Source of the DNA: Anaeromyxobacter sp.
GTDB lineage: Bacteria; Myxococcota; Myxococcia; Myxococcales; Anaeromyxobacteraceae
Direction of reading: 5' to 3'
NCBI GenBank assembly: GCA_049840735.1
Contig: JASGJN010000019.1
Span: 46,735-110,734, forward strand
DNA length: 64,000 nt
The position numbers and the translations under genes are program-made. Below are positions 1-9,603 of the stretch, in pieces. The notes under the pieces were generated by a model. The model saw only the letters and a program-made list of their open reading frames with translations, made no database searches and had not been told where the DNA came from. Position 1 is the stretch's first letter. Each line of letters opens with the position of its first letter.

Positions 1-2
1 TC

Positions 3-446
3 TCAGACAACTTCCCTGACGCACGACAGCTGGAGGACTTCCAGCCCAACATCCTGAACGCGCTCATCGTGTCTCCGAAGGCGCAGGAGGTGCTCCAGGG
101 GCTGGAGCTGAAGAACGTCGAGTACCTCCCGGTGGCGATCCGGGACCATCGGGACGAGGTGATCGCCTCCGACTACGCCTTCGTGAACGTGCTCGGAAGC
201 CAGCCCGCGATCGACATGGAGAGGTCGGTCTACCGGATGGGCTCGCTCGACAAGACGCAGATAACCCGAATCAAGAACCTCGTGCTCCAGCCTCAGGCCA
301 TCGCCCCGGACGCGAAGCTCTTGCGCTGCACCACGTACATGACGCTCTTCCTGATCCGCGACGACGTGCGCGAGGCGTTCGAGCGCGCGCAGCTCACCGG
401 CTACCAGCTCATCCAGCCGGACGGCTGGGACGGCCTCATCATCTGA
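3..446 (+). CDS. Imm11/DUF1629-like immunity protein (5' end outside window)
   Basis: Frame is open from base 3 (SDNFPDARQLEDFQPNILNALIVSP...VEYLPVAI...YAFVNVL...IDMERS...LFLIRDDVREAF...LTG). Same pattern as 1593..2177. Confidence 0.7.
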   Translation, partial: SDNFPDARQLEDFQPNILNALIVSPKAQEVLQGLELKNVEYLPVAIRDHRDEVIASDYAFVNVLGSQPAIDMERSVYRMGSLDKTQITRIKNLVLQPQAIAPDAKLLRCTTYMTLFLIRDDVREAFERAQLTGYQLIQPDGWDGLII

Positions 447-449
447 CCC

Positions 450-1234
450 ATGGACTTCGACCTCCGGCAGCTGCGGGCAGACGCGATCGACCGGATCCCC
501 ACCTCCTGCGCGAGTTCCGCCCCGATGCGCCGCGGAAGGAGCTGGTGAAGCTGGTGGGGGACCTCGTCCACGGGTTCCACATCCTGGCGGCCGCGGGCCT
601 CGTGGTGGACGGCAGCACGGAGAAGTTCTTCCTGAACCTGGCGCGGTGCGCGGAGAACGGGCTGCGGCTGCGCAGGCTCCTCGTCGGGCGCGGGGAGGTG
701 CCGCCGCCCGCGTCAGATGACGTGCCGCTCAAGGCCGCCGTGGCCGCCGCGGACTGGGGCCGGGCCGCGGCCATCGTGGAGCACTCGGCGAAGCAGCGGG
801 ACCTGGCGGTCCAGGAGTACGAGGACGAGTTCCTTTGGGCCCGGGTGCTGCAGCTGCTGACGGTCCCCGGCCCGGACGCCGCCGAGCTCGATGCGGCGCT
901 GGCGCGGCTGGAGGAGCTCGACGCCGCGAGCTACGGCGACCGGGTGGCGGTGGCCCGGGCCATCTTCGCCAAGGACCAAGAGGCGCTGGAGCAGGCGGTG
1001 GTCGGAGCGTCCCAGGTGTACGCGCTCGCGACCGAGAAGAAGGCTGCGGCCTTCGGGACCCCGGTCACCAAGTTCGCGCCGCACCGGCACCTCTGGCTGG
1101 AGGGGCTGGCCCTGCTCCGGCTCGGGGAGCGGGTCGGGCCTCAGGTCCGCCAGCAGCTGCGGTACTGCCCGCGGCTGGCGCGGGGGGAGAACACGACCCA
1201 GTACGCGGGTGACTACGCCATCCCGGTGGCGTGA
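450..1234 (+). CDS. Imm49-like immunity protein (frameshift near 497)
   Basis: ATG at 450 (MDFDLRQLRADAIDRIP) joins ORF 545..1234 across a C-run. Motifs A(D)W...EYEDEFLW...LWLEGLALLRLG are shared with the genes at 2202 and 3718. Confidence 0.65.
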
Positions 1235-1578
1235 GGGTCGTGGACGCGCCGGAGCAGGGGAACGCGACGAGGTTCCGGCGGCGGCTGGTGATCCTGCAGG
1301 CGCCGTGGAACATCAACCGGAAGCAGAACGTGGTGCTCTTGCCGAGCGAGGAGGCGGTGGCCGCGATCGCGGCCTTGCCGGCGCACTGTCCGTGGGATAC
1401 GGCGTCGCATCCGCAGTACTCGGATGCGCTCGAGAGAGAACTGGCTGATGTCAGTCGCGCGCTCGACGAAGCCGCCGATCAAGGCGTACACGACAAGGTG
1501 AATGCCGTGAGAGCCGCTCTCGAGAGAACCGAAACCCGCCTGCTCGCGCGCATCACGCGGATGCGAGGCGCACTGTGA
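1231..1578 (+). pseudogene. Orphan C-terminal part of an AHH-family (HNH-fold) nuclease toxin
   Basis: WNINRKQNVVLLP...H...HPQYS resembles the second half of AHH domains. The N-terminal AHH motif is absent. Directly followed by an Imm11-like gene. Confidence 0.6.
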
Positions 1579-1592
1579 GCCAAGGAGGCGTG

Positions 1593-2177
1593 ATGGCAGA
1601 CCCCAGCTTCTACCTCAGATCACCTGAGGCGAGACCCGAAATGGGGTCTGGTGCAGTCCTGCCGGGGGTCAGCCGGACCTATGACCTCGCCAAAGGGGTG
1701 CGGATGGGGAGCAACTTCCCTCCGACCGTCGTGTTCGAGATAGCCAAGCGGTCCGGCGATGTGTTGACGGACTTCCTGCCCAACACGAATCGGGTGATCA
1801 TGGCCTCGGAGCGCGTGGCGGAGTTCCTCCGCGCCGAACTCCCCGCCTCGGATGAAATCGAGTTCTTGCCGTTTGGACTCAAGAACAAGAAGGGCCGCCT
1901 CGTCCAGACGCCCAGGTACTGCTTGGTGAACCCGCTGCGCAAGGTGGAGTGCCTGGATCGCAAGCGCTCGAAGTACGCTGCCGCGGATACGGGCGAGCTC
2001 GTCATGATGGACGAGCTGCACCTCGCGGAGGACCGCATCCCGCCCGACACGAAGCTCTTCCGGCTGGCGGAGCTGCCCACCTGCATCCTGTACCGAGCCG
2101 ACCTGGTCGAGAAGATCCGCGCGGCGGGGTTCACGGGCTTCACGGTGGCGGCCCCCGGCGACAATCTCACGCTCTGA
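1593..2177 (+). CDS. Imm11/DUF1629-like immunity protein
   Basis: AGGAGG RBS at 1583, ATG at 1593. Motifs LTDFLPN...SERV...IEFLP...YCLVNPL..VECLDRKRS...KLFRL...GFTG. Confidence 0.75.
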   Translation: MADPSFYLRSPEARPEMGSGAVLPGVSRTYDLAKGVRMGSNFPPTVVFEIAKRSGDVLTDFLPNTNRVIMASERVAEFLRAELPASDEIEFLPFGLKNKKGRLVQTPRYCLVNPLRKVECLDRKRSKYAAADTGELVMMDELHLAEDRIPPDTKLFRLAELPTCILYRADLVEKIRAAGFTGFTVAAPGDNLTL

Positions 2178-2201
2178 CCCTGGAGTGGACTTGGAGGCGC
2201 C

Positions 2202-2965
2202 ATGAGCCACAGCTCCCTCGCGACGGCGATCGTCAACATCGAGTACCTGCTCGAGGAGCGGCTGAACGAGGCCAGGCCGGGAGCCCCCGACGCGGCGGCC
2301 TGGTTGGAGATCGCCACGCACTTCCGGCGCCTCGCCTGCGGTGCGATCTTCATGGACCTCGACGCCGATGAGGCTGTCGATCACCTGTACCGCAGTGGCA
2401 AGGTCTACCTGGCAGCTGCTCGAGGCGCGCGAGCGGGCGCCGGTGGATCCCGTACTACCTGACCACCAACTTCGCGGCGCCGTTCCTGGACGCGCTGGCA
2501 GCGGGCGCCTGGGACCTGGCCGAGCGGATCGCGCGGGCCATGCCGACGCAGTGTGATCCAGGGCAGGGCGAGTACCTGGAGGACTTCAGCTACTTCGCCA
2601 TCCTCCGCTCGCTGCTGCTGTCGCCGGCCGACGAGGAGGGCCGAGCCAAGTCGCTGGTGGACTTCGAGCAGGCGCTGCAGGGCGGGGAGTCGGCGCGGTT
2701 CGAGGTCGCGAAGGCGCTGTGCGCAAAGGATGAGGCGCAGCTGGCCCGGGCGCTGGCCGGCCGGCAGCAGGCGTGGAAGGAGGCGGCAGCGGAGAGCCGG
2801 GATCCATACGACCGGGAGACGACCGGGAAGCTCTTCCTCGAAGGGGTGGCGATGTGCCGGCTGGCGGGCCGGCTGGGGTTGAAGGTGCCGGCCAGGATTC
2901 CGTCGGTCCCCCGTGAACTGCTCCGAGCCCAGCACGAGACCTTCCCCGAGGAGTTCGAGATCTGA
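2202..2965 (+). CDS. Imm49-like immunity protein (frameshifts near 2410 and 2450)
   Basis: Three frames join: MSHSSLA...KVYL / QLLEARERAPVDP / YYLTTNFAAPFLDALAAGAW...EYLEDFSY...LFLEGVAMCRLA. Confidence 0.65.
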
Positions 2966-3053
2966 CGCCAGCAGCTCCGGTACCGCCCGAGGCTGGCGCG
3001 GGGGGAGAACAGGACGCAGTACACGGGAGATCACGCCATCCCGGTGGCGTGAG
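2966..3053 (+). repeat. 88-bp diverged copy of the 3' end of the first Imm49-like gene (1148..1235)
   Basis: Manual alignment gives 9 mismatches in 88 nt. Both copies end ccatcccggtggcgtgag. Confidence 0.9.
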
Positions 3054-3073
3054 GAGCGGGCCGCGGGTTCCCT

Positions 3074-3199
3074 ATCCTGCTGCCGTTCGAGAACTGGGCG
3101 GTGCTAGTGCATGCGCTGATCCAGCACCCCAGCGATCACCCGACGTACACGCAGGCGGTGATGAAGCGGCTGGGGGAGATCGCGGACGAGATCGACGGT
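3074..3199 (+). pseudogene. Second AHH nuclease remnant
   Basis: ILLPFENWAVLVHALIQHPSDHPTYTQAVMKRLGEIADEI parallels VLLPSEEAVAAIAALPAHCPWDTASHPQYSDALERELADV of 1231..1578. Confidence 0.55.
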
Positions 3200-3352
3200 C
3201 GCGCGTACAGGCCTGCCCAGGTCCGCAGCCGCGGCCGCCGCCCATTCCCGTCGCGGTCAGCGCCGTGGTCTCTGCCGGCAGGATCTCGATGGGCAGGTTG
3301 CCCACGATCCCGCTCGAGTGGTTCCGGAGCCACAGGTCAGGAGGGGAGGGTC

Positions 3353-3580
3353 ATGTCGACGTGGCAAAGAGGTGTTGCTGTGGCCATGCTCCTGGGGGCG
3401 TGGGCGGGCTGTGCCAGTGACTGGAGCGGGTCGGGGACGAGCCTGCTCATCAGCGGTGGGCACCGGCAGAGCTGCGGAGCGGTGAACGGCGCGGCGTACT
3501 GCTGGGGCAACAACACCTACGGGGCGCTCGGGGATGGAACGACAATCACCCGCGGTACGCCGGCGCCGGTCTCCGGGTGA
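3353..3580 (+). pseudogene. Truncated RCC1-repeat lipoprotein
   Basis: RBS plus ATG at 3353, lipobox-like WAGC, one RCC1-like repeat (SCG..NGAAYCWGNNTYGALGDGTT...P.PV), then a stop. Confidence 0.6.
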
Positions 3581-3717
3581 AGGTCGCCACGGCTCCACCG
3601 GCATGTGCCGGTCCATCCCGCGCGAGCATCGACGTCGGCCGCCGAGTCGCGGTAGCGTCTCCGACGAGCCCTTCGCAGGGAGCGACGCGGCCCACCCGGC
3701 GTGAGAGGTGACCCCGC

Positions 3718-4456
3718 ATGATGCGCCCCGACGTGATCCTCGAGGACGCCCGCTACCTGGCCCAGCAGGCGGAGAAGGCGCTGGCCACGGCGCCTCGGCC
3801 GGCGGACCGCGAGCAGCTGCTCTCGGAGCTGTCCGAGCGCCGCCACGTGGCGGGGGTGGCTGCGCTGCTCGCCACCGGGGACGCCGCGGCCTTCCGGCAG
3901 GAGCTGGCCGCGGCCGGCGCGGCGCGGGTGGAGCTGCTCAGGCTGCCGGCGCAGCTCAGCCGCGCTCCGGGGTACCTGCAGCGCGCCAGCCATCTGGCCC
4001 CGTTCTTCGACGCCCTGGTGGCCGGCGCGGACGGGCTGGCGGCCGAGGTCGCGCGCCTCTCGCCGCCGGCCTGGCGGGAGGACGACGAGTTCGAGGATGA
4101 CTTCTGGTACGCCCGCTTCCTGGCGGCGGTGGTGCTGGGTCAGCCGGCCGAGGCCGCCGCCGCGCTGCAGGGGCTGGCCCGCGCCTGCGGCCCGAATCCC
4201 ACGGCGCGCCACGACCTCTGCGCCGCGCTGCTGGCCCGCGACGGCGCGGGCTTCGGCAAGGCCCTGCGCCAGCTGGTGGCCGAGCGGCAGTCGGAGCTGC
4301 TCGACCTGGACGAGACGCCCCGCCCTGAATCCCGATCGCCACTTCGTGGACAAGCAGGTCTTCGTGGAGGGGCTGGCGTGGCTCTGGCTGGGGCGCGAGC
4401 TCAGGTTCGAGGCGCCGACGGCCCTGCTGCCGGCCGCAGCGCGGCGGGCGCAGTAG
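3718..4456 (+). CDS. Imm49-like immunity protein (frameshift near 4320)
   Basis: APFFDALVAG...W.EDDEFEDDFWYARFL, continuing in the other frame as HFVDKQVFVEGLAWLWLG. Confidence 0.65.
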
Positions 4457-4464
4457 CCGCCCGC

Positions 4465-5758
4465 CTACTCCCCGAACCCGCGCCCCGGCAGCCTCCCCGC
4501 CAGGCCCCGCGCCGCCGCCAGCTCCTCGCGCTGTCGCTGCGTGAGCGCGTCCCAGGTCACTGCCGCCTGGCCGCGCGAGCGGATGGCCAGCTCCAGCGCC
4601 AGCGCCTCCCGCCGCCGCGCCGGTCCCTCCGACAGCTCGCGCAGGAGGCCGCCGGCGCTCCAGGGGGCGCCGCGCAGCCAGCGCTGGCCAGGCGCGAGCC
4701 GCTGGCGGGCCTCCTGCCACCAAACGGAAACCGCCTCCGGCGCCGGCGCGGGCAGCTCGGCCTCGGGGCCGTAGCCCGGCTCCGCCCCGTCCTCTTGCTC
4801 CGGATCCCAGCGCTCGGGCGCGCCCAGGTGGGCGGGCGTGAGCGGGAGCCCGGTGATGGCGGCGAAGGCCTCCAGCGCCAGCGGCGCCAGCTTCCCGTCG
4901 CGCAAAAGCGGCAGCAGCGCCTCGGCCGCGCTCACCTGGCCGCTGAAGCCCAGCGCGAAGGCGGCCGCGGCGGCGTGCTCCGGCTCGCGCAGCGCAGGGG
5001 TGAGCGCGGCAGCGGAGCGGGCGTCGCCGGAGAGCCCCAGCAGCAGCGCCGCGCTGGCGAAGCCCGGCCCGCGGGCGGCCACGGTGGCCTCGCAGGCGGA
5101 CCAGGCGCCGGGGTGGCCCAACGCCATCCCGCTCTCCAGCGCCGCCGCCCGCACCTCCGGCTCCTCCGAGCGGTAGCCGCGCTCCAGCGCCAGCGGCGAG
5201 AGCCGGCCGCGGAAGGCGCGCGCGAGGCGCAGCGCCAGCGCCTGCTGGACAGGATCGTCCGCCGCGGCCAGCCCATCCAGCGGGAGCGCGGGATCGACCC
5301 CCCGCGCCGCCAGCACCTCCAGCAGGTCCGGCTGCGCCGCGCCGGCCGCCAGGCCCGCCAGCCGCTGCGCCAGCCCCTCCACCGGCGCGACCGCCAGCCC
5401 GCGCCGCAGCGCGCGACGGGGCTCGTCCTCGGCAGCGGCCAGCGCCTCCAGCACCGCCGGCGTGAAGTCGCCGTCCTCCGAGCAGAGCAGGGCGAAGGCC
5501 GCCGCGAAGACCGCGCCCGGCTCGTCCCCGCCCAGCGCCGGGACCAGCAGCTTCTCCGCCACCGCGGCCCCGCCCAGCACCAGGCCGTCGAGGTGGGCCA
5601 GCAGCCGCCCCTCGGGTCCGTCGGCAATCTCCTCCAGCGTGTACTCGGGCGACCGGAGCGCCTCCTCCCACTGCTGGAAGAGGAAGGCGGCGTCCTCCAG
5701 GTGCTCCTCCTGGATGTCCCAGCGGGGCGGGGGTCGGTTCTGAATCCGTGGCCGTCAC
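4465..5758 (-). CDS. TIGR02270-like HEAT-repeat protein (frameshift in G-run near 5728)
   Basis: RWDIQEEHLEDAAFLFQQWEEALRSPEYTL...EGRLLAHLDGL at the N-terminus, AFAAITG and R.LRG.P...GPARRR..LALEL at the C-terminus. GGAGG RBS before GTG 5758. Confidence 0.75.
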
Positions 5759-5951
5759 AGGCGTCCCTCCGTGTGATGGCGGAGTGTATCCCGGTCTCGT
5801 CCGCGCCCCCTCGCCGCGCCCGGCGCCGGACGGGTTCCTCCCGCCGCGCGGCAGCCGGCCGCAGGCGCAACCCGAGGTCCTGGGCGTTCGCACTTCACGC
5901 AGAGCGTTGCGCCTCGCGGCTGAACATCCAACCTGCTACCGTTCGCGGCCC

Positions 5952-7358
5952 ATGACAGCCATGACTCGTAGTGCCGGCCTGCTGCTCGCCGCGATCTCGG
6001 CGCTGGCGGGGACCGCGCACGCGCAGGAGAAGGCGCCCTCCGGGCAGCTGGGCGTGGTGGCGGTGGCGCCGGCGCCGGGTCCCAACCCGGGCCTGGTGAG
6101 CCTGACCGGCGCGCTGCACGGCGCGCTCTCGGCCCGCACCGCTGCGGTGGTCGACCCCGGGGAGCTGCGCCTGCGCATGGGAGACCTGGGCTCGGTCGCC
6201 TCGCTCGAGGAGACCAACCGGGCGTACGAGGCGGCGCGCGCGGCGGAGCTGAGCGGCAACCCGCTGGCCGCGATCTCCGGGCTCGAGTCCGCCGTCGCCG
6301 AGCTGGAGAAGATGACGGAGGGCCCGGAGGTCTTCACCCAGTGGAAGCGGGCCGTGATCCGGCTGGCCAGGATCGAGTCGCTGCTGGCCGGCCACGAGGA
6401 GAAGGCCCGGACCACGCTGGAGAAGCTCTACCGGGCCGACCCTGACGCCAAGGTGGACGCGGCGGCGCACGGCAGCGACGTGGCGCAGCTGGCCGACTCC
6501 ATCAAGGCCAAGCTCTCGCGCGCGCCGCGGCGCCGGCTCACGCTCACCTCCAGCACGCCCGGCGCCCGGTTCTTCGTGAACGGCCGCGAGGTGGGCACCA
6601 ACGCCGGCGCGCCCGTCCAGACGGTGGTGGTGGCCGGCACGCACCGGGTGTCGGCCACCGACGGCACGCTGCGCGTCACGCTGCCGGCCGTGGACCTGTC
6701 CCGGGACCAGGTGCTGGATCTCGACTTCACCGTCGCCAGGATGGTCCGGCCCGGGATGGGCCCCGGGCTGGCGATCGACCCGCTCGACAAGGACAGCATC
6801 TTCCGCGCCGCGGGCAGCCTCAGGCTCTCGACGCTGATCACCACCAGCCTGATCCAGGCCGACTCGGCCACCTACCTGGTCGGCTCCGCCTACGACGTGG
6901 GCAAGGGGCAGCTGCGCCAGTCAGGCGTCATGCACCTGGCCAACTCGGAGGCTCCCCCAGGCGGCATGAACGCGCTGGCCGACTACCTGCTCACCGGGAC
7001 CCCGGCCGGCGGCGTGAAGAAGTTCGACCCGGCCAGCACCGACTGGCGGCAGGAGCCGCCCAAGACCAAGCGCAACGTGGCGATCGGCACCGCCATCGGC
7101 GGCGTCGCGCTGGGCGCAGTCTCGGTCTGGCAGCTGCTGGCCTCCAACAGCAGCTACGACAAGGCGAACGGGTACCTGTCCGGCGGGGTCCTGCCGGCGG
7201 ACGACAGCCCGTACTGGCACTACAAGGAGCAGGGGGACAAGCAGCGGACGGTCGCCACCGCGACCGGGATCGGCGCCGGCGTCTGCCTCGTCACCTCCGC
7301 CGTCACCGGGTACCTGGCCTACAAGCAGTCCGGCGAGTTCGGGCCGATCCGGTTCTAG
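5952..7358 (+). CDS. Exported PEGA-domain protein with C-terminal hydrophobic segments
   Basis: Signal peptide ending AHA-Q, PEGA-like LTLTSSTPGARFFVNGREVGT...GTHRV, two C-terminal hydrophobic helices. Confidence 0.6.
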   Translation: MTAMTRSAGLLLAAISALAGTAHAQEKAPSGQLGVVAVAPAPGPNPGLVSLTGALHGALSARTAAVVDPGELRLRMGDLGSVASLEETNRAYEAARAAELSGNPLAAISGLESAVAELEKMTEGPEVFTQWKRAVIRLARIESLLAGHEEKARTTLEKLYRADPDAKVDAAAHGSDVAQLADSIKAKLSRAPRRRLTLTSSTPGARFFVNGREVGTNAGAPVQTVVVAGTHRVSATDGTLRVTLPAVDLSRDQVLDLDFTVARMVRPGMGPGLAIDPLDKDSIFRAAGSLRLSTLITTSLIQADSATYLVGSAYDVGKGQLRQSGVMHLANSEAPPGGMNALADYLLTGTPAGGVKKFDPASTDWRQEPPKTKRNVAIGTAIGGVALGAVSVWQLLASNSSYDKANGYLSGGVLPADDSPYWHYKEQGDKQRTVATATGIGAGVCLVTSAVTGYLAYKQSGEFGPIRF

Positions 7359-7418
7359 CCGGGCGCCCAGCGCGACCCGGACCGAGCGAGGTCCCTGGCC
7401 CGGCGGCGCCGAGCGGCG

Positions 7419-9313
7419 CTACTGCGCCTCGAAGATGGCGGGGTAGACCTCGCGCGTCCCGGCGTTCACCTCGACGCGCTTGGCGATGCTGGTGGCGCCG
7501 CTCGTGACCCGGACGTCGTACCTGCCCGCCGGCACCAGCAGCTCGCAGGGCGCGCGGCCGTAGTCCTGGCCGTTCACCGAGAACCGCCGCGCCAGGCGGC
7601 TCGGAGTTGACGGTCAGGATGCCCTTTCCGTCGGCGGCCGGCGGCAGCGTGAAGGCGTAGAGCTTGTTGCGCGACTCGAAGCGCCGCCCGGCGGCAGGGC
7701 GGGCCGGCGCAGGCTCCGGGGGCGGCGCAGGGGCCACCGGCGCGTTCGCGATCACGGTGGGCGTCCTCGATGGCTGCTTGCGCGGGGCGGGCCTGGTGGG
7801 CGCCGCAAGCCCCGCGTCGGCGGGCGCTGCCGCCGTCGTGCCGGGCGTCGGCGTCTCCGCCTCCGAGGCAGGGGCGCCGGAGCCCTGGGCCACAGTCGCC
7901 TGGGCTTCCCCTGGCGCAACCGCCTCGGCGCCGGGCTGCTGCGCCTGCCCGGGGGCGTCCACCTTCGCAGCAGGCGCCGGGGGCTGGACCTCTTGGACAG
8001 GAGCTTCCATCGAGGCCGGGGCGCGGGTCAGCCAGTAGCCTGCGCCGGCGACCGCGAGCAGGACCGCCGCTGCGGCGCCGACCAGGGGGGCGCGCCGGCT
8101 CGCGGGCGCAGGGGCCGGCGCCGCGAGGCTGGCCTCGCCGGCCCGGAATCCCCGAGGGCTCCCGGAGCGGCTCGGTGGGCCTCGCCGGCGTAGGCGCCCG
8201 AACGGCGGCAGGCGTGGGGAGCCGCACCGTCGCGGGCGTGGCCGGCCGCGGCTCGCGCGAGGCGGGGTGCTCCGGCGTGGGCAGCTGCTGGGTGGAGGAC
8301 GGCGTCCCCAGCACCACCGTGGCCCTCGGCGCCGGACCCGCCCCAGGTGCCGGCACCACCAGCTGGCAGCCCAGGAGCAGCGACCGCAGCTCGTCGGCGC
8401 TGGCGGGGCGCAGCGTCCGGTCCGTGGAGAGTGTCTGCAGGACCACCGCCTCCAGGTCCGGCGACACCGCCCCGGGCTCGCGGCGTGCGCTGGGCGGCAG
8501 GACCTTCTCGGTGAGGTGCTTGCGCACCATCTCCATCGGCGTGCGCGCCTCCAGCGGCAGCCGGCCGGTGATCAGCTCGTAGAGGACGCAGCCAATGGCG
8601 TAGAGGTCGCTCCGGGCGTCGAGCGGGTCGCCGCTCCACTGCTCCGGGCTCATGTAGCCGGGGGTCCCGCAGACCAGCCCGGCCTGGGTGAGCGTGGCGC
8701 CCTGATCGCCGGGGAGCTGGATTCTGGCGATCCCGAAGTCGAGGACCTTGACCAGGTCCTGCTCATGCCGCCGCGCCTCGAGCATCACGTTCTCGGGCTT
8801 GAGATCGCGGTGCAGGATGCCGGCGGCGTGGGCCTCGGCGAGCGCGGAGAGGATCTGCTCGGCGATCCGGACCACCCGCGGCTCGGGCAGCGGGAACTCC
8901 TCGGCGATGACGCGGGCCAGGCTCCGGCCGGCCACGTACTCCATCACCATGAAGAGCGTCCCGTCCTCCATCTGGCCGAAGTCGGACACGTGCACGACGT
9001 TGGGGTGCCGGAGCCGGGAGGCGGCGCGCGCCTCACGCTGGAAGCGCTGCACGATCGAGGGATCGGCCAGCAGCGAGCGCTTCAGGATCTTGAGGGCCAG
9101 CGGCGCGTCGAGCGTCAGGTGCCGGGCGCGGTAGACGTGGCCCATCCCGCCGCCGCCCAGGTAGCCCTCGACGAAGTACGTGCCCTTCACGGTCTGGCCG
9201 ATGAGCGGATCCGCGCCGGCGTCGGCCGTGCCGCGCACGACCGGCGTGCCACAGGTCGGGCAGAAGCTCGAGTCGGGCGCGACCTCGCGCTGGCAGTTCG
9301 GGCACGGGGACAT
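7419..9313 (-). CDS. Membrane Ser/Thr protein kinase (zinc ribbon - kinase - TM - PEGA); frameshifts near 8140 and 7590
   Basis: CPNC...FCPTCG, GGGGMGHVY, HRDLKPEN, DFG, GTPGYMSPE. C-terminal GILTVNSEP...VNGQDYGRAPCELLVPAGRYDV. Confidence 0.9.
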
Positions 9314-9603
9314 GGGGGTGCCGGAGCATAGCAGAACGGTTCGTGCGGCAGCCCGGACCCGTGCCCACGAGGAGGGAGAGCGGAGCCCGCCGAGGGGAAG
9401 CCCTGGCCGCGGCCCCGTGCCGCACGATTCGACCTCCCGATCCCCAGGCCTGCGCCAGGCCCGGGCTCCACCTGCGGTCACTGCGCGCTTGACCCTTCAC
9501 TGCCGGTCCGCAACAGTCCCTGCGTCCACCAGCAGGGCTGCCGAGGCCTCACCACCGCTGATCGCACCGCCCCGGGCGCCGCCCAGGCGAGGAGATGCTG
9601 CTC

